Source: a virus. Taken from it: DNA of 64,000 nucleotides. Both the position numbers and the translations under genes were made by a program. Below, in pieces: positions 60,632 to 64,000 of the stretch. Under the pieces are notes generated by a model. The model did no database searches and had not been told where the DNA came from. It worked only from the letters and a program-made list of their open reading frames with translations. The stretch lies in IMG/VR virus record IMGVR_UViG_3300017742_000001, positions 1 through 64,000 of that record. One strand, given 5' to 3'. The stretch's first letter is position 1, and every line of letters starts with the position of its first letter.

Positions 60632-61275
60632 TGCCTATTACATCACTTAATAACTTTGGGGTACCTACAGACGCAGGCAACCAAGTGCTCTTGATGCCAA
60701 AATTAAAGTATCGCTTCCGCGTTACTTTACTTGGATTCGGAGTAAATGCTGCCACTGAACTTACTAAGCAAGTAGTTGATGTTTCAAGACCAAAAGTTGG
60801 TTTTGAAGAAATGCCGTTAGACGTATACAACTCAAAAGTATACCTAGCAGGTAAGTATACATTTGAAACATTAGCACTTAACTTACGTGACGATGCGACA
60901 GGTGAAGTACAAAAACTTGTCGGTCAACAGGTTCAGAAACAGTTCGACTTTGTTGAACAGGCTTCTGCAAGATCTGGTATTGATTACAAATTTACAACAA
61001 AAATTGAAGTATTAGACGGTGGTAACGAAAATAACGCAGCAGGCGTTAACGTACTAGAAACACAAAATATGTACGGTTGTTTCCTAACTAACGTTGATTA
61101 CGGCGATGCAAACTATGCTACTAATGAAGCGATGCAAGTTGCACTAACTATACGCTTTGATAATATGGTACAATGGGGTGCAGGCGAACAAGGTGTTGGT
61201 GTTGGTATTGGTGCTACTGTCGAAAGAACACTCGGCAACACTACTACTGGTGCTACTACAGCCGCTGGCGCTTAA
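60631..61275 (+). CDS. gp19: Tail tube protein (gp19-like)
   Basis: Directly after sheath; PKLKYRFRV, V.RP, YLAGK, GCF...V.YG..Y, I.FD. Confidence 0.85.
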   Translation: MPITSLNNFGVPTDAGNQVLLMPKLKYRFRVTLLGFGVNAATELTKQVVDVSRPKVGFEEMPLDVYNSKVYLAGKYTFETLALNLRDDATGEVQKLVGQQVQKQFDFVEQASARSGIDYKFTTKIEVLDGGNENNAAGVNVLETQNMYGCFLTNVDYGDANYATNEAMQVALTIRFDNMVQWGAGEQGVGVGIGATVERTLGNTTTGATTAAGA

Positions 61276-61297
61276 TACTAGTTTTAATAAAACCATT

Positions 61298-61328
61298 AAA
61301 AGCCCGGATTTATTTCCGGGCTTTTTTT
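61298..61328 (+). terminator. Intrinsic (possibly bidirectional) terminator
   Basis: AAAAGCCCGGA-TTTATT-TCCGGGCTTTTTTT. Confidence 0.88.
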
Positions 61329-61344
61329 ATGGCTAAATAATAGT

Positions 61345-62460
61345 ATGGCCAACAAATTTACTAGATTTCTTACAGACGTATTCACAGGATTATCAAATCC
61401 TAAAGGTAGAGTAGCGAACTATACACACGCTACTAGATTGTTTATTGATGACAATATGCGTCTGTCACCTAAACACAAATATAATTATTATGTTAGAGTT
61501 GAGCTAGATTCATCTGCACACAAAGCACCTAACTTTACTGCTAAACACGCAGAAGAAGTTGGACTGCTTGTTAAGAATATTAACTTACCAAGTTTTAAAT
61601 TTGATACCGAAGTTCTTAATCAGTATAATAGAAAGAAAATTATCTATAAGATGATTAATTATGATCCTGTACAGTTTACATTTCACGATGATAATCAAGG
61701 TGTAGTAAACGCACTTTGGGCATTGTACTATGGTTACTATGTTGCAGATAGAAACTTGCCAAATGCTGCATATGACTTTAACCATTATCGTGTTACTGAT
61801 ACTAATATGGACCAATATAGATATGGTCTAGATAATAATATTACAACACCATTGTTTAAGAGTGTACAAATTTACACAATGGGACGCAGAAGATTTATCG
61901 GTTACGAATTAATTAATCCAAGGATTACTTCTTGGCAACACGGTGATTACGATTATATGGCAGGCAGTGAACCTGCAGAAAGTACAATGCAATTACAGTA
62001 CGAAGGTGTACGTTATTCAGCAGGAACTGTAAGTGAAGGTTCACCGAAAGGCTTTGCTACATTACATTATGATACTACACCTGGTCCTTTACAAATGGGC
62101 GGTGGCGGAGTAAGTAACTTACTCGGCGGCGGCGGAGTACTAGACGGACTAGAATCAGTCTTTGGTGCAGTTGGTGACGGTAGTGCATTTAGTTCACCAC
62201 AAGGTTTCTTAAGTACAGCAGTAAGTGCAATTAACACTTACAAGAATGCAAAAGGATTAAGCAAAGATAGTATTCTACAAGAAGGTATTAATATTTTAAC
62301 TAGTCCAGCAGGACAACAAACTGTTGCTAACACTATTAACGGAGTTGTTGGTGCAGTGTTTCCTAAAAATAGAAACACAACCGGTGAAACTAAAGCAACA
62401 CCTAAAAAGGTTATTGGTAATACCGGAGAAGGAAGACAAGATAGGTTTGATAGGGCATAG
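61345..62460 (+). CDS. Tube-fold baseplate/tail-tube initiator (gp48/gp54-like)
   Basis: LVK.I.LP, NQYNRK, Y.PV..TFHDD, L.NP.ITSW, L.YE tube-like motifs. Confidence 0.62.
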   Translation: MANKFTRFLTDVFTGLSNPKGRVANYTHATRLFIDDNMRLSPKHKYNYYVRVELDSSAHKAPNFTAKHAEEVGLLVKNINLPSFKFDTEVLNQYNRKKIIYKMINYDPVQFTFHDDNQGVVNALWALYYGYYVADRNLPNAAYDFNHYRVTDTNMDQYRYGLDNNITTPLFKSVQIYTMGRRRFIGYELINPRITSWQHGDYDYMAGSEPAESTMQLQYEGVRYSAGTVSEGSPKGFATLHYDTTPGPLQMGGGGVSNLLGGGGVLDGLESVFGAVGDGSAFSSPQGFLSTAVSAINTYKNAKGLSKDSILQEGINILTSPAGQQTVANTINGVVGAVFPKNRNTTGETKATPKKVIGNTGEGRQDRFDRA

Positions 62461-62462
62461 AT

Positions 62463-62840
62463 ATGGCAGGCGAAGTACAAACAAATTTACCAGCAAAAGT
62501 AATACAAGATAGTGGTGCAAGAACTAAACTATTTTTTGACACATATGGAAAAGAACCTTTATCGTATAAAGTTCCAGACATTGATGCTGCAATAAACTTT
62601 TTTAGAAAAAAAGGTTTCAGCGATCCTGCTGCAAACTTATCAGCAGCCGTGTTACTTAAACAGGCAAAACTTGAAAACATTTCAATTAATGAAATCTTAG
62701 ATACAGTAAATGCATTAAATGAATTACAAGTATCAGCATTAGTAGGCGAGATTATGAATAATCATAGACCGTCAACATCGACACTAGGATACAAACAACC
62801 TGCACCTGATGTAAGTAAAGAACGTAATGTGGTTGTGTAA
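62463..62840 (+). CDS. Hypothetical protein
   Basis: 125 aa, FF.K.GF...AA, N..R..TS.LGY. Confidence 0.7.
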   Translation: MAGEVQTNLPAKVIQDSGARTKLFFDTYGKEPLSYKVPDIDAAINFFRKKGFSDPAANLSAAVLLKQAKLENISINEILDTVNALNELQVSALVGEIMNNHRPSTSTLGYKQPAPDVSKERNVVV

Positions 62841-63281
62841 ATGGCAAAGTTTGCACAGGGTCGTTACACTGTAAAAAATCCAGAGAAGTACGTAGGTACA
62901 AAAAGTCCATTAGCACGAAGTAGTTGGGAAACTGTCTTTATGCGTATGTTAGATGAACATCCAAGTGTAGCAAAATGGGCAAGTGAAAGTATTAAGATAC
63001 CGTATCAAGATCCACTTACAGGAAAGTATTCCGTTTATGTTCCTGATTTTTTTATTGTTTATAACGATAAGAATGGTAAGCAACACGCAGAGGTAATAGA
63101 AGTAAAACCTCAGAATCAAACGTTACGTGAGAAGGTAGGCAAAAGTAGATTCAATCAAGAGCAATATATTAAAAATATGGCTAAATGGGAGGCTGCTGCT
63201 GCTTGGTGTAAACAAAAACGTGTTAGATTCCGCATCGTTAGTGAAGAAGAAATATTTCACCAAGGTGGCAAGCGTAAATAA
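62841..63281 (+). CDS. Head completion nuclease (T4 gp4-like, TnsA-like PD-(D/E)xK)
   Basis: KNPEKYVG, RSSWE, WASE, Y.PDF, IEVKP, N.AKW.AA. Confidence 0.88.
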   Translation: MAKFAQGRYTVKNPEKYVGTKSPLARSSWETVFMRMLDEHPSVAKWASESIKIPYQDPLTGKYSVYVPDFFIVYNDKNGKQHAEVIEVKPQNQTLREKVGKSRFNQEQYIKNMAKWEAAAAWCKQKRVRFRIVSEEEIFHQGGKRK

Positions 63282-63307
63282 ATACTATTATAAAATGGTA
63301 GAATAAA

Positions 63308-63820
63308 ATGACCAAGAAGTTAGAAGAATTATTTAATATGGAAGATCAAAAAGTTGCAGAAGAACAAATTGCAACTGAAGAACCACTTGTGGAAAGCAAA
63401 GCAATTGATCCAGAAGTAGCACAAGAAGAAATTAAAAGTGTGGATGCTTCTTATAAAGCAATATCACAAGTAACACAAGATTTACCACAGATGCGTGAAC
63501 TAGACTCAATGGGTGAAGGTGAGTTAGATCATTTAGCAACTAAAGCAGAACAAGCATATGACGATCTAATGGATTTGGGTATGAATGTAGAAGTACGTTA
63601 CAGCGGACGTATATTTGAAGTAGCAGGTAGTATGTTAAAGAATGCTATTGATGCAAAAACCGCTAAAGTAGATAAAAAACTTAAAGCAGTTGATTTACAA
63701 CTGAAAAAACTTAAAATTGATCGCGATTCACCGGAAGATCCTAATGAATTAGTGGATGGAACCGGATATGTTATGCTAGATCGCAATGAATTAATTAGGA
63801 AATTAGGCGGAAAGGAATAA
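63308..63820 (+). CDS. Probable terminase small subunit (gp16-like)
   Basis: RIFEVAGSMLK...DLQ.KK and C-terminal RNELIRKL resemble T4-like gp16 helices. Confidence 0.5.
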   Translation: MTKKLEELFNMEDQKVAEEQIATEEPLVESKAIDPEVAQEEIKSVDASYKAISQVTQDLPQMRELDSMGEGELDHLATKAEQAYDDLMDLGMNVEVRYSGRIFEVAGSMLKNAIDAKTAKVDKKLKAVDLQLKKLKIDRDSPEDPNELVDGTGYVMLDRNELIRKLGGKE

Positions 63821-63828
63821 ATAGTAAT

Positions 63829-64000
63829 ATGAAGACGTTTAAAGAATATCTCACAGAGAGCAAAAAAGTATACAGTATTAAGGTAAAGGTTGCTGGAGAG
63901 CTACCTGAAGGCTTTGCTGATGAATTAAAGTCGAGACTTGACAACAGAAGTGTTGTTGAATTTACGCAGTTGAAAACTACACCAGTTACTGAAACACCGC
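63829..64000 (+). CDS. 5' part of a protein with capsid-targeting-like N-terminus (truncated by window end)
   Basis: TAAATAgtaatATG then MKTFKEYLTESKKVYSIKVKVAGELPEG..., open to the window end. Confidence 0.75.
   Translation, partial: MKTFKEYLTESKKVYSIKVKVAGELPEGFADELKSRLDNRSVVEFTQLKTTPVTETP

Noticed and set aside
1314-63786. Dozens of short antisense or alternate-frame ORFs in the track (e.g. 7290..7724, 9347..9871, 15684..16166, 21475..21969)
   Set aside because: They lie within long, motif-supported genes, lack RBS or promoter, and are explained by the codon bias of the sense strand
1-64000. Stop-codon reassignment, introns or inteins
   Set aside because: Core genes are full length in the standard code, TAG and TGA act as stops, and no intein or intron signatures were noticed
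1-64000. Assigning a specific host or a cyanophage identity
   Set aside because: No photosynthesis or other host-diagnostic genes in the window; halogenases and oxygenases alone are not diagnostic

Overview
This 64 kb AT-rich window is the virion morphogenesis region of a large T4-related myophage. It encodes a gp26/gp51-like baseplate hub assembly pair, tape measure, portal, prohead core/protease/scaffold, major capsid, a long block of baseplate/fibre-like genes including two giant paralogues (1845 and 2516 aa), neck gp13/gp14/gp15-like proteins, dNMP kinase, sheath, tube, gp4-like nuclease and a probable small terminase. A 12 kb convergent cassette of four flavin-dependent halogenases and seven 2OG-Fe(II) oxygenases sits inside the fibre region, bounded by late-promoter motifs and directly after three His/Gly-rich fibre paralogues. 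A subtilisin-Calx-cupredoxin virion-like protein follows it. Non-coding signals read from the sequence: a canonical -1 frameshift cassette that would fuse the gp26-like and gp51-like ORFs; a TAAATA late-promoter motif with a recurring 5-nt spacer to leaderless ATGs or to structured RNA leaders; apparent near-total avoidance of CATG; and phycobiliprotein-like (CxRD) helical repeats inside the giant structural protein. All family assignments come from motif recognition, without database searches.
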